A stretch of DNA of 64,000 bases from Nitrospirota bacterium (GTDB lineage Bacteria; Nitrospirota; Thermodesulfovibrionia; UBA6902), in NCBI GenBank assembly GCA_016215115.1, contig JACRLN010000031.1, positions 1,284 to 65,283 of the forward strand, read 5' to 3'. The number at the start of each line of letters is the position of its first letter. Within the stretch, counting starts at the first letter, position 1. The translations under genes were made by a program, and so were the position numbers. The notes beneath the pieces are model-generated. The model made no database searches. It saw only the letters and a list, made by a program, of their open reading frames with translations, and had not been told where the DNA came from. This document shows, one piece after another, positions 28,812-37,510 of the stretch.

Positions 28812-29911
28812 TTTATTCTTTTTCGTTTTTCGAGCACCTTGAAAAAAGCGTCTACTACCAGAGGGTCGAATTGTTTTCCCCTGTATTTATTCAACTCTGA
28901 CAATGCAAATTCAATCCCGGGGGCAAACCTGTAAGGCCTGTCAGATGTCATGGAGTCAAACGAATCAGCTACATGAAGTATTTTGGCGCCGATTGGTATT
29001 TCATCTTCCTTGAGTTTATAGGGATATCCTGTACCGTCAATCTTCTCATGATGATATTCAATCATAGGAACAATGTCCCTTAACTGCTTGATTCCCTGAA
29101 GTATGACCGCACCCTGTGCGGGATGCTTTTTAACGATTTCATATTCTTCCATTGTGAGTTTGCCTGGTTTATCCAGAAGATAATCATAGGTCCCTATCTT
29201 TCCAATATCATGAAGGATTCCGGCGAGTCTGATATTTTTCACTTCTTCACTGTCGATTGACATTTCCAGGGCTATTTGCTCTGCGTACATCGATACTCTC
29301 TCGGAATGACCTTTGGTCCACGGGCTTTTTGCATCAAGGGCGTTAATCATCACGCGTATAAGTTTTATAAACAATTCTTCAAGTTCCTTGTATGATTCAT
29401 TCAGGTCCTCGAGCATGTTAAGAAATGCTTCCCTGCCTGTCTGGGCCTTTTGTTCCCGGACTTTCATGTTGTTTAATGTATCTGCATATATCTCAATAAG
29501 TTCCTTGTATTCTTTTTCTGATTTTGTTGTTTTAGAAATATCCGTTATGGAGTGGATAGCCCCTATCAGATTCTCTTTATGAATAAGCGGAGATGAATAT
29601 ACAAGCAGATGTTTTTTAAGGAAAGGCGAATAAATTTCAGCCTGTTCTGTTTGTCTGTTTTTTGTAAAGCTTGTAAGAGGACAGTTTTCATCAGCGCTGT
29701 CAGAATGATGAAGCAAGTGATAACATTTCATATGCTCCAGATCTCCGGCATCACTATATATGACTTTCATTGTATTGTTAATGAATACAATGTTGAAATC
29801 GCGGTCGACTATAAATATCGGATGGGGCAGGGCATTTAAGATTTCCAGATGTCCTCTTACGTACTCAGCAAGTATAGAATGTGTTTCCTGATCAGTTTTC
29901 AACAAACTCAT
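28808..29911 (-). CDS. PAS-domain HD-GYP phosphohydrolase (c-di-GMP phosphodiesterase-like)
   Basis: The N-terminal PAS domain is followed by HD-GYP signatures ILHDIGKIG, EYHHEKIDGTGYP and HVADSFDSMTSDRPY. Confidence 0.85.
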   Translation of the reverse strand: MSLLKTDQETHSILAEYVRGHLEILNALPHPIFIVDRDFNIVFINNTMKVIYSDAGDLEHMKCYHLLHHSDSADENCPLTSFTKNRQTEQAEIYSPFLKKHLLVYSSPLIHKENLIGAIHSITDISKTTKSEKEYKELIEIYADTLNNMKVREQKAQTGREAFLNMLEDLNESYKELEELFIKLIRVMINALDAKSPWTKGHSERVSMYAEQIALEMSIDSEEVKNIRLAGILHDIGKIGTYDYLLDKPGKLTMEEYEIVKKHPAQGAVILQGIKQLRDIVPMIEYHHEKIDGTGYPYKLKEDEIPIGAKILHVADSFDSMTSDRPYRFAPGIEFALSELNKYRGKQFDPLVVDAFFKVLEKRKRIN

Positions 29912-30113
29912 TTTCTTTATATTGAGAAAGTTCGGTGTTTAATTTTTTTATTTCTTTTTTCAGTTCCTTCATCTTCAATTCCCTGCCTACCGCCATGTCA
30001 TAAAACTTCTCAAGATCTTCAAGTTGTTTCTTGAGGTTTTGCTCGGATTGCTTGAGCTGCTGCTGGGTGTTTTTCAGGTTTGTTATATCTGTGGCTATAA
30101 TGACAGTATGCAT
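29892..30113 (-). CDS. 73-aa ORF that continues the third PAS domain/coiled coil of the upstream sensor in a shifted frame; probable frameshift fragment
   Basis: HTVIIATDITNLKNTQQQLKQSE mirrors the PAS C-terminal ...TITDITERTK.../...VVRDITQRKQ... in ORF 30095..31516. It overlaps both flanking ORFs by about 20 nt. Confidence 0.5.
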   Translation of the reverse strand: MHTVIIATDITNLKNTQQQLKQSEQNLKKQLEDLEKFYDMAVGRELKMKELKKEIKKLNTELSQYKENEFVEN

Positions 30114-31516
30114 GTATTTGCCTTTATCAGATCCTGGAAATGCTGAAATTCTCCCGGATCACAGGGGGAAAAATATTCAGAGCATTTCTTATTTACGATT
30201 TTATTTGACGGCAACCCGGTATAATGAGCGAAACTGGTATTGCACCTCTTTATGTTTAATTCCTTATCTATCAGTATCACAAACTCATTAACGCTGTCAA
30301 AAGTCACCTCCCACTCTATCTTGGCCCTTGTAATAACCTTAAGGAGCTGATTGTGTTCTTCTTCTATCTGTTTGCGTTGTGTTATATCCCTGACAACGTG
30401 TATGAGGCCGATAAGTTCATTATTGCTGTTGAGACGGGGAATCGATCTTATTTCAATATACTTTTCCAGATAAGGCTCGAACACTTCAAAAGTTGCATAT
30501 TTTGCCGTTGTCATACATTCACAGCTTGGACAAGACGCCGGAGCGCTCTCTGTTCCGTGGTAAAACTTATAACATTTGTTTATCTTCCCTGGAGACAATA
30601 AGGGCAGATTAAGTATTGTCTGGGCCGCCTTGTTGGCCTGAATTATATTGAAATCTTTGTCATGTATTGTAATCATATCCGGGATAGCGTTAAACGTGTT
30701 CTCCCAGTCCTGCTTGGACTGGAGAACCATTTCTTTCATCTTTGTGCGTTCTGTTATGTCAGTTATGGTCAGAAGAACCCGGGCCTTTTCTTCATTGTCA
30801 TATTTTGAATCTCCATTTCCAATACGGGATATTACAAAAGAAAAAATCAGATTTATATCCGAACCTTCGGGAACGATAACAAATTCTTTTTTAGATGTTT
30901 CTCCTGTCTCAAGATTTCTTTTTATTTCATCTTCTATAGGGGAAATGAACTGCTGTACTGATATGGAAGGAAACTGCTCCTGCAATTTTACTATAGCCAT
31001 ATTCGTTGAAAGTATATTTAATCTGTTGCTTAATACAATCATGATCGATGGGACAGAAGCCACAATGTTGTCTGTAAACTCCTTTGCTGTTTTGAGTTTT
31101 TTTAAGGATTCTTCGATATGTTCTGCCATAAAATTAAAGCCTTCTGCAAGCTGGCCCACCTCATCATTACTTTTTACTTTAATTCTGGTATTCCATTTGC
31201 CCTGCGCTAATTCAAGCATGCCATTGGTTAATTTGTTCAAAGGCCCGGTAATGTTTTTGGTCATGAAAAGGGCAATCAATAAAGTGATAAGAATTCCTGC
31301 TATAGTAACGCCGGAACCGATTATTGTAAAATATTTACTGACATGTTCAATAATAACCGTATCAAACCCTTCACGGGAAAGTATCTTTTGAATGGCATTC
31401 TGAAAAATAATATTGATCGTAATGCCGGCAAGCGCAAGTATAAGGAAAAAAGACATGAGAATGTTATTTCTTAAACTTGTTTTGGAAGATTTAATTTTAT
31501 ATTCAGTATTATCCAT
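30095..31516 (-). CDS. Membrane sensor protein (TM-HAMP-PASx3) with no output domain in this frame
   Basis: N-terminal TM segments, HAMP (NITGPLNKLTNGMLELAQG) and three PAS domains. It ends in the middle of the third PAS domain. Confidence 0.7.
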   Translation of the reverse strand: MDNTEYKIKSSKTSLRNNILMSFFLILALAGITINIIFQNAIQKILSREGFDTVIIEHVSKYFTIIGSGVTIAGILITLLIALFMTKNITGPLNKLTNGMLELAQGKWNTRIKVKSNDEVGQLAEGFNFMAEHIEESLKKLKTAKEFTDNIVASVPSIMIVLSNRLNILSTNMAIVKLQEQFPSISVQQFISPIEDEIKRNLETGETSKKEFVIVPEGSDINLIFSFVISRIGNGDSKYDNEEKARVLLTITDITERTKMKEMVLQSKQDWENTFNAIPDMITIHDKDFNIIQANKAAQTILNLPLLSPGKINKCYKFYHGTESAPASCPSCECMTTAKYATFEVFEPYLEKYIEIRSIPRLNSNNELIGLIHVVRDITQRKQIEEEHNQLLKVITRAKIEWEVTFDSVNEFVILIDKELNIKRCNTSFAHYTGLPSNKIVNKKCSEYFSPCDPGEFQHFQDLIKANTCILSL

Positions 31517-31524
31517 TTTTATAT

Positions 31525-31878
31525 TTAACTTACGATGTATAATCCTGCTACAAAAGTAAATGTAGCTGCAAGAAATCCTGCAAAAGCCATTATCAAAGCT
31601 TTGGCCCCGTTATTGCTGAATAATTCTCTCACATCTGCATTTAATCCTATTGCAGACATGGCGATTGAAGATGCAACGATAATTCCGGGTTCAATTTTTT
31701 TATTGTCACCAATTGATGATTTAACGGCAATTCCCAATATTAAAGCAACAATCAATGGATCAAGTAGTGGGGAATGTAATATATTCGTTAAGAAATATCC
31801 TGTTAAACCGATCAGAACAGCCACTGATAAACCGGCCTTTATATCTTTTAAGGATTGTCCGATATTATGCTTATTCAT
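31525..31878 (-). CDS. Small integral membrane protein (possibly a fragment of a YeiH/UPF0324-like exporter)
   Basis: Three predicted TM helices. Only 117 aa. Confidence 0.4.
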   Translation of the reverse strand: MNKHNIGQSLKDIKAGLSVAVLIGLTGYFLTNILHSPLLDPLIVALILGIAVKSSIGDNKKIEPGIIVASSIAMSAIGLNADVRELFSNNGAKALIMAFAGFLAATFTFVAGLYIVS

Positions 31879-32032
31879 AGATTATGTATAAATAAAACGA
31901 AATCTAAGCTATTTAAACTGATTTGTATTAAATAAATAGACATTCATATGTTATATTACTCGGTATATGGGCATAAAAACTTTAATTAGGTTTTTTCACT
32001 AATACATTGCCTGATATAAAGATTTTATTTAT

Positions 32033-32767
32033 ATGAAAACTACAAAGACCGCAGGGATAATCATTATTGGCAATGAGATACTTTCAGGCAAAGTGCATGA
32101 TGTTAATTCTTACTATCTTGCCTTTGAATTGAGAGGTCTGGGTGTGGATGTCAGGCGTATATCCGTTATTCCTGACGAAACAGAAATCATAGGTACGGAA
32201 GCACTTAAATTTTCTAAACGATATGATTATGTCTTTACTTCAGGAGGCGTAGGCCCTACTCACGATGACGTTACCATGGCAGGCATAGCAAGGGGTTTCG
32301 ATGTTAAACTTGCAATGCATGCCGAAATAAAGAACATCCTGACCGCAAAATATAAGAACAATCTTAACAGCGTGGTCCTGAAAATGGCGGAGATCCCGGA
32401 AGGGGCCGAGGTCTATTTTAAAGATGGAATGCGCTTCCCCCTTGTTTTTTACAGGAATATATTCATCTTTCCCGGCATCCCTGAATATTTGAAGGACAAA
32501 TTTTCTACAATTAAAGAGAGGTTCAGAGTTTCAGCTTTTTATTTAAAGAGACTTTTTCTTAATGTTCATGAGTCCGAATTTGCAGAGATTTTAAATCTCG
32601 TTGTTTCGGCAAACCCCCGGGTCCAGTTTGGTTCGTATCCAATTCAGAGAAAACAGGAATACAGGGTAATAATAACTGCCGAATCCAAATCAGAGGCTGA
32701 TTTGAACATGGCTGTTGATGAGTTGACAGGCAGGCTTCCTGCAGGAGCGCTTGTCATGGTTGAATAA
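32033..32767 (+). CDS. Molybdopterin-binding (MoCF biosynthesis) domain protein, CinA N-terminal-like
   Basis: GIIIIGNEILSGKVHDVNSYYLAFELRGLGVDV...FTSGGVGPTHDDVT is the MoaB/MogA/CinA-N fold signature. Confidence 0.7.
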   Translation: MKTTKTAGIIIIGNEILSGKVHDVNSYYLAFELRGLGVDVRRISVIPDETEIIGTEALKFSKRYDYVFTSGGVGPTHDDVTMAGIARGFDVKLAMHAEIKNILTAKYKNNLNSVVLKMAEIPEGAEVYFKDGMRFPLVFYRNIFIFPGIPEYLKDKFSTIKERFRVSAFYLKRLFLNVHESEFAEILNLVVSANPRVQFGSYPIQRKQEYRVIITAESKSEADLNMAVDELTGRLPAGALVMVE

Positions 32768-32827
32768 AGCTGTCTTATTCATCATCATCTGCAATGAATA
32801 AATAATTTCTTGCAGCATTTCCCGGTG

Positions 32828-33013
32828 TTATTAATAGTCTCAAAATAGTATTTACAAATTGTCTGCCTTTGTCTGTCATGCCCGAGGCCTGCCCTCGAAT
32901 GTCGTAATCGGGGGACTTTTATCGGGCATCCAGAATATGAACTACTGGATTCCCGCTAAAGACATGCGGGAATGACGCTTATAATAATGTACAGACTATT
33001 ATGAGAACCTTAA
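32828..33013. mobile_element. MITE-like element, second copy of the 7222..7392 element with a nested 28-bp insert
   Basis: About 95% identical to the 7.2-kb copy apart from the inserted gcctgccctcgaatgtcgtaatcggggg, which is the reverse complement of the insert in the 9.3-kb and 34.6-kb copies. Confidence 0.8.
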
Positions 33014-33034
33014 TAATACACTTTTCATTATGCA

Positions 33035-33790
33035 TCACTTTATTATGCGCTTGCGCATTAACCTGAAAGGGTAAGGAGCAAGCAATCCGGCCACAACCAT
33101 AAGCCATACGACATCCCACCGCACTGCATATAAGTACCCTGATGAAAAGGCCCTGCATATATTTACCAGGTGATATAGCGGAATAAAAAAGGCTATTTTC
33201 GCTACAATGGGTGGAAGTGTGTCAAGGGGGAAAAAAATCCCTGAAAAAAGAAAGCTCGGCGTTAACACCAGAGTAAAAAAATAACTGAATGAATCGATCC
33301 CCGGCGCCAGGGCGGTTGTTATTACAGATATCTCGGCAAAGATTAATCCGCTGATAAAAAGGACCGGTATGGCAAGGATGATCACAGGAGAATCAATGAG
33401 TCCGAATAAAGAGATTACCAAAGTGATTATTGAACCGTAAAAAATGCTTTTCGTTGCGCCCCACATCATTTCGCCGGCCACGAGATCGTTAATGTGTACA
33501 GGTGTGGCAAGTATGGCGTCAAAGGTCTTCTGGTAAGTCATTCGTATATATGTGCCGTATGTGCACTCGGAAGCTGTAGCGAACATCGAGGATGAAGCAA
33601 TTAATCCGGGCGCAATGAATTGAATGTATGGCACACCATTTATCTCTTTCACAAAGCCGCCGAGTCCAAGACCTAATGCAACAAGGTAGAGCACCGGTTC
33701 AACGAAATTGAAAGCAATACTTGATTTGTAGAGCTTAGTGTAAACGGTGAAGTTTCTCTGCCAGACGCGGAATGCTTTCCTGATTTTCAT
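33035..33790 (-). CDS. ABC-2 type transporter permease
   Basis: Six TM helices with the ABC-2 family pattern, adjacent to the ATPase gene. Confidence 0.8.
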   Translation of the reverse strand: MKIRKAFRVWQRNFTVYTKLYKSSIAFNFVEPVLYLVALGLGLGGFVKEINGVPYIQFIAPGLIASSSMFATASECTYGTYIRMTYQKTFDAILATPVHINDLVAGEMMWGATKSIFYGSIITLVISLFGLIDSPVIILAIPVLFISGLIFAEISVITTALAPGIDSFSYFFTLVLTPSFLFSGIFFPLDTLPPIVAKIAFFIPLYHLVNICRAFSSGYLYAVRWDVVWLMVVAGLLAPYPFRLMRKRIIK

Positions 33791-33795
33791 CTGTT

Positions 33796-34527
33796 TTATT
33801 CTCTGAGGCTCCTCCCTGTAAGCTTCAGGTAAACTTCCTCCAGATTACTCCCGTGTATACCCATCAATCTTGCAGGCGAGTCAATGGTTATTATCTTGCC
33901 TGAATCCATAATTGCAACCCTGTCACAGAGTTTTTCCGCTTCCTCCATGTAATGCGTTGTAAGCACAAGTGTGATTCCTTTTGATTTCAGTTGGTTCAGT
34001 TGTTCCCACACAGAATGCCTGCTGTGCGGGTCCAGACCGGTAGTGGCTTCGTCAAGTATTAATAGTTCGGGATTGTTTATTAACGCCCGGGCCAGGAGCA
34101 GTCTGCGTTTCATCCCTCCCGAGAGGCTTGTTATTTTTACATTTGCCTTTTCCCTCAGCTCCACAAAATCAAGTAGCTCCCATGCAAGACTTAAAGCATC
34201 TTTTTTTGCGATATCAAAGTATCTGGCATAAACAATCAGGTTTTCAAATACCGAGAGATCCGGGTCAAGATTATTGTCCTGCGGCATGACACCCAAACGT
34301 GCTTTTATTTCTCCGGGGCTTTCAGTCACATCAATGTCAAATACCTTTACTTCACCTGACGTTGGAGGCATAAAACAGTAAATAATGCTCATCGCTGTAG
34401 TTTTACCTGCGCCGTTCGGACCTATAAAACCGAAACATTCTCCCCTTATAATTTCAAAATTAATCCTATCCAGTGCGCATAACGAGTTATAACATTTCGT
34501 AAGATCTTTGGCTGTGACGATATTCAT
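33796..34527 (-). CDS. ABC transporter ATP-binding protein
   Basis: Walker A GPNGAGKTT, signature LSGGMKRRL and Walker B LLILDEAT. Confidence 0.9.
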   Translation of the reverse strand: MNIVTAKDLTKCYNSLCALDRINFEIIRGECFGFIGPNGAGKTTAMSIIYCFMPPTSGEVKVFDIDVTESPGEIKARLGVMPQDNNLDPDLSVFENLIVYARYFDIAKKDALSLAWELLDFVELREKANVKITSLSGGMKRRLLLARALINNPELLILDEATTGLDPHSRHSVWEQLNQLKSKGITLVLTTHYMEEAEKLCDRVAIMDSGKIITIDSPARLMGIHGSNLEEVYLKLTGRSLRE

Positions 34528-34584
34528 ATATGTTTGATTGGTTAAAAACTGTTATATTTTCATGAGGTACTAAGACAGTCATAA

Positions 34585-34705
34585 GTAAAGCCACATAGAT
34601 TGTCATTCCCGCAGTCCGTTGAGCGGGAATCCAGACGCTAATGAACTGGATGCCCGATTAAGAACCCCCGATTACGACATTCGAGGGCAGGCTTCGGGTA
34701 TGACG
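34585..34705. mobile_element. MITE-like element (hairpin pair + nested insert)
   Basis: gtcattcccgcagtccgttgagcgggaatccag ... ctggatgcccgattaagaa-[ccccgattacgacattcgagggcaggc]-ttcgggtatgac. Confidence 0.75.
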
Positions 34706-34771
34706 ATTCATTTATATGGCTTTACTTATGACCTCCTTAGTAATTATAACATCTTCATGCCGGAAGGCATT

Positions 34772-36700
34772 CTAAATCTCCAACGCAATCTTTGCAGCGC
34801 TGCGCAGGGCGCTGCCGACATTGCCGGGCTCTGCTGCGTCTCCGACAACATGGATCCCATGAATATTTCCCCTTATAGACTTCAATAACGAATTCTCAGG
34901 CACTGTCCCTATGGATAAGATAACAGAGTCTGTCTGAATAAAAGCAGAATTGCCTTCTTTATCTTTTATCTGCACTTTGCCTTTTTCAATGGATACCGCC
35001 TTTGTCTCAGTAAGAATGCGGACCTTTTTATCTTTCAGTCGTTTCAATAAATCTTCTTTCGGAATATCTTTCATTTTGGACAGCACATCAGGGAGTATTT
35101 CTATTATTGTAATTTCCCTGTTCCCGTCTGCAAGCATGTCGGCAGTCTCACATCCTATTTCTCCTCCGCCAAGGATGATAATGTGCTTTCCAGGGGGTTT
35201 TGAAAAAGCGGTTTCATAAATTTCCCGGACATCATGAACAAACGGCAGATTTACTCCGGGGATATCAGGTTTTCTAAAATTGGAGCCTGTGGCGAGAATG
35301 ACGGCATCGGGGTTTTCTGTAATGATCTCATCGATCCCCGCCTTTGTATTCAAAATGATTTTAACGTTTGATCTGAAAAGCATATAATTGAGATAACGAA
35401 GAAGTTCCGACACCTCTTCCTTGAATGGTGCTTTGCCTGCTAAAAGAAACTGCCCGCCCAATTTATCACCCTTCTCAAAGAGTGTTGCCTTATGACCTCT
35501 CTGATCTGCGAGTACAGCGGACTGCATGCCTGCAGGCCCGCCGCCGACTATTACGACGTTTTTCTTTTTTTCAGCAGGACTGATTCTTAATAAATACTCC
35601 TGTCCTGCAAATGGATTTATGGAACAGCTCCTCCCGAGGCCCGGCACACCAGACTGGGCGCAATCCTGAAGGCAATAAATACATCCCCTGATATCTTCCC
35701 TTCTTCCCTCCATCGCTTTTTTTGGCAGATCCGGGTCGGCAACCAGCGCCCTTGCCATTGCCACGAAATCAGCCTTTCCGTCACCAACAATATGGTCAGC
35801 CAGCTCAGGGGTGTTTATTTTTCCAATCGCTACTACCGGTATATCCACCACTTTTTTTATCTGAGAAGCTAAATTTACAAGCACACCTGCTTCCGTATAG
35901 TGAGATGGAATTGTCTTACATTTCGACAACTTATTGCCAGCATTTGCAAGTATTGCATCAGCTCCGGCTACGGCTGTCATTTTTGCAATTTCCTTAGAAT
36001 CATTAATGGTAATGCCGCCTGAAGAGAATTCGTCACACACCAGTTTGATAATGACCGGGAAATCACGTCCGGCTTCATGTTTTATCTTCCTGATCAATTC
36101 AACTAAAAAACGTGAACGGTTTTCTGATGGACCACCGAATTCATCTGTTCTCCTGTTGGAAAGGGGTGAGAGGAGCTGAGAGATCAGGTCTCCGTAACTT
36201 GCCTGAATCTCTATGCCGTCATAGCCGATTTCTTTTGCCTTTGATGCTCCCTCTGCCATTGTTCCAATAATTGAGCGTGCTTCTTCTGCAGTCATATAGT
36301 TTGCAAGCGGCTGGACCCATTTGTCGCCTTTCTGCTTTGCACCCGGGACTTGCGTATCAAGAAATCTTTCCTTTGGATAATTCAGATGCATGAACGCCTT
36401 TGCGCCTTCGTCATGAATAACACCGAGGAGTTTTTGAATTCCCTCAATATAAGACGGGTCATCAATACGCAGATCGTTCTTGCCTTTATATAAAGAAGGA
36501 TAATCAAGACAGGGGCAATCAAGAACGATCATGGCAACACCGCCCTTTGCACGTTCCCTGTAGAAAGCGAGCATGCGTTCATTCACTTTGCTGCCGGTCG
36601 CATACTTGGTAGGATAGAGAGGCATGATGATGCGGTTGCGCAGTTTGCACTTACCGATATTTCCTGGTTCGAAAAGGTGAGGGTATGGCATATCGTCCAC
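34772..36700 (-). CDS. NADH:flavin oxidoreductase of the Old Yellow Enzyme family with C-terminal FAD/NAD(P) domain and 4Fe-4S site (2,4-dienoyl-CoA reductase-like)
   Basis: The OYE TIM-barrel N-terminus is followed by a CIYCLQDC (CxxCxxxC) cluster motif and GGGPAGMQSA / GGGEIGCE dinucleotide-binding motifs. Confidence 0.8.
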   Translation of the reverse strand: MDDMPYPHLFEPGNIGKCKLRNRIIMPLYPTKYATGSKVNERMLAFYRERAKGGVAMIVLDCPCLDYPSLYKGKNDLRIDDPSYIEGIQKLLGVIHDEGAKAFMHLNYPKERFLDTQVPGAKQKGDKWVQPLANYMTAEEARSIIGTMAEGASKAKEIGYDGIEIQASYGDLISQLLSPLSNRRTDEFGGPSENRSRFLVELIRKIKHEAGRDFPVIIKLVCDEFSSGGITINDSKEIAKMTAVAGADAILANAGNKLSKCKTIPSHYTEAGVLVNLASQIKKVVDIPVVAIGKINTPELADHIVGDGKADFVAMARALVADPDLPKKAMEGRREDIRGCIYCLQDCAQSGVPGLGRSCSINPFAGQEYLLRISPAEKKKNVVIVGGGPAGMQSAVLADQRGHKATLFEKGDKLGGQFLLAGKAPFKEEVSELLRYLNYMLFRSNVKIILNTKAGIDEIITENPDAVILATGSNFRKPDIPGVNLPFVHDVREIYETAFSKPPGKHIIILGGGEIGCETADMLADGNREITIIEILPDVLSKMKDIPKEDLLKRLKDKKVRILTETKAVSIEKGKVQIKDKEGNSAFIQTDSVILSIGTVPENSLLKSIRGNIHGIHVVGDAAEPGNVGSALRSAAKIALEI

Positions 36701-36820
36701 CTCCGTGAATCACAACTTATTTCTTGGATTTATTAAAGACAACTTTTGATATAATATAGCACTTCAATGGATTAAGTGGAAGAATTTCAATAAAGGGGTT
36801 ATGGCAAAGGGAAAGAGAAA

Positions 36821-37507
36821 TTGAAAGTGTCATCATTTACAATTCATGATCTGCCAAAATCTGAACGGCCGAGGGAGAGGCTTCAAAGGCTCGGTGCAGA
36901 AGCGCTTTCTTCACAGGAACTTCTGGCCTTAATACTTGGGAGAGGCATAAAAGGCGAATCAGTTATGGTAACAGCACAACGCCTGTTAAGCTCATTTGGG
37001 AATGCGCAGAGAATTTCGCAGGCATCTTTAGAAGAATTATCAACCATTAAAGGAATTGGGCTGGCAAAGGCCGCTCAGTTAAAGGCAGCATTTGAACTGG
37101 CAAAAAGAACAGACGAAGGGATGGTTGAGAAAATATCTGTCAAGGCTTCTGGCGATATTGTTAAGCTGGTCAGACCAAGGCTTAAAGACAAGAAAAAAGA
37201 ACATTTTATTATTGCATGTCTTGATACAAGGAATTGCCTTAACAGGATCGGTGATATTTCGATTGGTGCTTTAGATGCAAACTACGTTCATCCTCGCGAA
37301 GTTTTCAAAGAGGCCATCCAGTCTTTGGCAGCAGCGATAATCTTAGTCCACAATCACCCGTCTGGTGATCCGGAACCTTCAGAAGACGACCTTGTGATAA
37401 CAAGACGATTGATAGAATCCGGCAAAATAATTGGCGTGGAAGTTAAGGACCACATAATTGTTACAGGGAAGAGTCACTTTAGTTTTAAGGAGAATAATTT
37501 AATTTAA
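36821..37507 (+). CDS. radC: RadC-family JAB/MPN domain protein
   Basis: HNHPSGDPEPSEDD JAMM motif and N-terminal helix-hairpin-helix region. Confidence 0.9.
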   Translation: MKVSSFTIHDLPKSERPRERLQRLGAEALSSQELLALILGRGIKGESVMVTAQRLLSSFGNAQRISQASLEELSTIKGIGLAKAAQLKAAFELAKRTDEGMVEKISVKASGDIVKLVRPRLKDKKKEHFIIACLDTRNCLNRIGDISIGALDANYVHPREVFKEAIQSLAAAIILVHNHPSGDPEPSEDDLVITRRLIESGKIIGVEVKDHIIVTGKSHFSFKENNLI

Positions 37508-37510
37508 GTT

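Noticed and set aside
34619-34888. ORF 34619..34888 starting inside a MITE
   Set aside because: Its N-terminus is encoded by the palindromic element (SGNPDANELDARLRTPDYDIRGQASGMT), and it overlaps the 3' end of the OYE-family gene on the other strand. The MITE-encoded pseudo-peptide recurs at other copies (e.g. the 9375 track start), which marks it as an artefact.
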